Positions 61,434-64,000 of a stretch of 64,000 nt of DNA are shown in pieces. This stretch comes from an uncultured Pelagibacteraceae bacterium (GTDB lineage Bacteria; Pseudomonadota; Alphaproteobacteria; Pelagibacterales; Pelagibacteraceae). Position 1 is the first letter of the stretch. Every line of letters starts with the position of its first letter. The stretch spans positions 969 to 64,968 of the forward strand of contig CACJMX010000004.1 of assembly GCA_902594635.1 (NCBI GenBank), given 5' to 3'. Under the pieces are notes generated by a model that was not told the origin of the DNA, made no database searches, and was given only the letters and a program-made list of their open reading frames with translations. Position numbers and translations under genes: made by a program.

Positions 61434-64000
61434 TTATGAAATAGTGGCTTGTATTTGTTGTTTTCTTAATAAATTTAGTGATTTTCTGTCTAAATTTTTC
61501 GAATTTTTCAGTTTAAATTGAAGAATATCACCATCATTTACTAAATTAATATTAACTAATGTTTTGCCGTTTTCTTTTAGAATTTTTGATATCACTTGAA
61601 CTTGATCTTTAGAACTGACTTCAAAACATACTTCATTAATTGGACTATTGAACAATTCTTTTAATGAGGATATTTTTTGAACATTAATTCTTTTAAACCT
61701 GTTTTCATCCTCAGTTACATTTTTAACTAAATTTAATATTAAAGAATTACCCTCTTTCAAAATCTCTCTATTTAATTCCAAAACATCAGAAAATATAAAA
61801 AGTTCAAAAACACTTGACAAATCTGTTAATTTCAAAACTGCATAAGAATTTCCTTTAGCTGTTTTTCTCTCCTGTAATTTTAATAGGGTAGCAGCTATAT
61901 TGGAATTTTTAATCTCATTATCTAAAATAAATTTTGTATATTCATTTATTTTATAATCATTAAATATTTCAGTAAATTGGTTTAATGGATGATCAGAAAT
62001 AAAAAAACCTACTGCTTCAAATTCTTTTGCTAGTCTCTCTTCGAATTGCCAGTCTTCAATATTATTTATTATATCATCTTGGATATTTTCCTCTTCTGAA
62101 AATAAATCAATTTGATTTGCTGACTTATTCTCAAAAATATTTTTACTTTTGGTTATAATATTTGGAATTGAGTCAAGTAGTGCTCGTCTATTAGGATTTA
62201 TATTATCAAAAGCACCTGCCTTTACTAATCCTTCTAGTTGAAGTTTATTAATGTCTTTTGGGTTTACTCTATTTAAAAAATCATTAATTGATGAAAATTT
62301 TCCATTCGCAATTCTTTCCTCAATAATATTTGAAATTGCTTCATACCCTACAGCTTTTATTCCTCCTAATGCATAATAAAACTTTCCATCTACTGTTCTA
62401 AAATTAGCAAAACATTCGTTTATATCTGGTCGAACAACTTCTACATTTAATCTGTTCAATTCTTCATAAAACTCACTTAGTTTATTTTGATTAGAAATGT
62501 CCATCGTCATTGATGCTGCAATAAATTCTTGTGGATAATAAGTCTTTAAAAAGGCTGTTTGATAAGAAATTATTGCATAAGCAGCTGCGTGACTTTTGTT
62601 AAATCCATATTCTGCAAAAGGTTCTATTTTTAAAAAAATTCCAGCTGCAACATCTTTTGCAATTCCGTTTTTTATCGCCCCATCGATAAAACCTTGTTTT
62701 TGCTTTTCAAGTTCAGCCCTTTTCTTTTTACCCATTGCTCTACGAAGTAGGTCTGCTTGACCAGCAGAAAATCCAGATAACTTTTGTGCGATTTGCATTA
62801 CTTGTTCTTGATAAATAATTACTCCATATGTAGGTTTTAAAATGTCCTCTAAAAGTGGATGTAAATAATCAGGTTTTTGCCTCCCATGTTTACAATCATT
62901 ATAAGTTGGAATATTGCTCATTGGTCCTGGTCTATATAAAGCTACAAGAGCAATAATATCTTCTATATGATTTGGTTTCATTTGTATTAAGGCCTCTCTC
63001 ATTCCAGCACTTTCAATTTGAAATAACCCAACCGTTTTGCCGCTTGATAATAAATCAAAAACGTTTTGATCTTCAAAATCAATTTTTTCTATATCAAAAT
63101 CCTTATTAATTTTTTTAATTAACTTTTGAGTGTTACTAATTACAGTTAGAGTTTTCAAACCCAAAAAATCAAATTTTATTAGCCCTGCATTTTCAGCTGA
63201 ATACATGTCAAATTGAGTTGAGGGTAATAACAAATTTGCAGAACTGTCTTTATATAAAGGAACTACTTCATTCAGTTTTCTATCCGCAATAACTACTCCT
63301 GCTGCATGTGTTGCAACATTTCTATTCAGGCCTTCAAGTTGAAGTGATAAGTCAGTTAATTTTTTTACTTTTGGATCTTCATTGATTAGTTTTTGAAGCC
63401 TTGGTTCTCCAGCTATACATTGTGTTAAGTTTTGTGGTCTCGAGGGATCAAAAGGTATCATTTTAGAAATACTGTCTACAAAACCATAGGATAATCCCAA
63501 AACTCTACCGACATCGCGAATGACCATTCTAGCTTTTAACTTTCCAAATGTAATTATGTGAGCAACACTATCTTTGTACTTTTTTGTTAAATATTTAAAA
63601 ACAAGATCTCTTTTATCCTCACAAAAATCAATATCAAAATCAGGCATAGATATTCGATCTGGATTTAAAAATCTTTCAAATATTAAATTAAATTTAATTG
63701 GATCTACATCTGTAATAGATAAACACCAAGCAACTAAAGATCCTGCACCTGAACCTCTACCAGGACCAACCGGTATATCATTATTTTTAGCCCACTTGAT
63801 ATAATCTGATACTATAAGAAAATAACTAGCATATTTCATTTCAATAATTATCGAAAGCTCGTGATCTAATCTTTTTTTGTAATCTAAATAATTTTTTTTT
63901 GCCTCAATTTCATTCACACTAATATTAAATACCTTTTCAAATTTAGTTTTTAAACCTTCTAAAGACTCTTTTTTTAAAATTTCATCAGCATCTCCACCTT
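61434..64000 (-). CDS. dnaE: DNA polymerase III alpha subunit (partial; 5' end outside the window)
   Basis: GPGRGSGAGS, PDFDIDF, KFDFLGL, YRPGP, YGFNKSH; the frame stays open to base 64000. Confidence 0.96.
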   Translation of the reverse strand, partial: GGDADEILKKESLEGLKTKFEKVFNISVNEIEAKKNYLDYKKRLDHELSIIIEMKYASYFLIVSDYIKWAKNNDIPVGPGRGSGAGSLVAWCLSITDVDPIKFNLIFERFLNPDRISMPDFDIDFCEDKRDLVFKYLTKKYKDSVAHIITFGKLKARMVIRDVGRVLGLSYGFVDSISKMIPFDPSRPQNLTQCIAGEPRLQKLINEDPKVKKLTDLSLQLEGLNRNVATHAAGVVIADRKLNEVVPLYKDSSANLLLPSTQFDMYSAENAGLIKFDFLGLKTLTVISNTQKLIKKINKDFDIEKIDFEDQNVFDLLSSGKTVGLFQIESAGMREALIQMKPNHIEDIIALVALYRPGPMSNIPTYNDCKHGRQKPDYLHPLLEDILKPTYGVIIYQEQVMQIAQKLSGFSAGQADLLRRAMGKKKRAELEKQKQGFIDGAIKNGIAKDVAAGIFLKIEPFAEYGFNKSHAAAYAIISYQTAFLKTYYPQEFIAASMTMDISNQNKLSEFYEELNRLNVEVVRPDINECFANFRTVDGKFYYALGGIKAVGYEAISNIIEERIANGKFSSINDFLNRVNPKDINKLQLEGLVKAGAFDNINPNRRALLDSIPNIITKSKNIFENKSANQIDLFSEEENIQDDIINNIEDWQFEERLAKEFEAVGFFISDHPLNQFTEIFNDYKINEYTKFILDNEIKNSNIAATLLKLQERKTAKGNSYAVLKLTDLSSVFELFIFSDVLELNREILKEGNSLILNLVKNVTEDENRFKRINVQKISSLKELFNSPINEVCFEVSSKDQVQVISKILKENGKTLVNINLVNDGDILQFKLKNSKNLDRKSLNLLRKQQIQATIS

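Noticed and set aside
1-64000. CRISPR arrays, IS elements, rRNA, frameshifts at poly-A/T runs
   Set aside because: No spaced direct repeats, transposase/integrase motifs or rRNA seen; homopolymer runs fall in intact Lys/Phe-rich frames

Overview
Gene-dense, very AT-rich alphaproteobacterial chromosome segment with minimal intergenic spacers. Gene content, gene order and missing genes point to SAR11/Pelagibacterales (inference; no database search run). Bases ~250-16730 form a self-contained phosphate-starvation block: ppx-ppk1, sixA, phoB-phoU-pstBACS, an unknown exported protein, phoR, and a lipid-remodelling cassette (olsB plus acyltransferase, agt glycosyltransferase, plcP phospholipase, dagK-like kinase). 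The rest is core genome: manC-ilvD-valS, tRNA-Cys/Asn/Arg, a PraR-like XRE regulator, aapJQMP, trkAH, ntrYX, ispDF-pgpA-cinA, lipA, eno-kdsA-pyrG, secG-tpiA, ppiD-trpEGDC, lexA, gltX, the lpx/bam cluster, dxr-cdsA-uppS-frr-tsf-rpsB and partial dnaE. No integrase, transposase, CRISPR array or rRNA was seen. The most interesting signal is regulatory. An 11-bp-phased T(G/T)TAA(C/T)A Pho-box-like repeat sits upstream of pstS, olsB and plcP. Reverse-oriented copies abut the start codons of dagK, phoR, the unknown exported protein and possibly sixA. This suggests PhoB-operated on/off switches, for example phospholipase on and DAG kinase off; this model is inference. Other notable items: a second shared motif (AAAGATTC), NtrY without a PAS domain, NtrX with a Walker-B E-to-Q change, TrkH with a degenerate fourth filter loop, a four-unit LexA operator, a 5'/3' pairing around the XRE gene, and no pyrH at its usual locus. 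All motif calls were made by eye.
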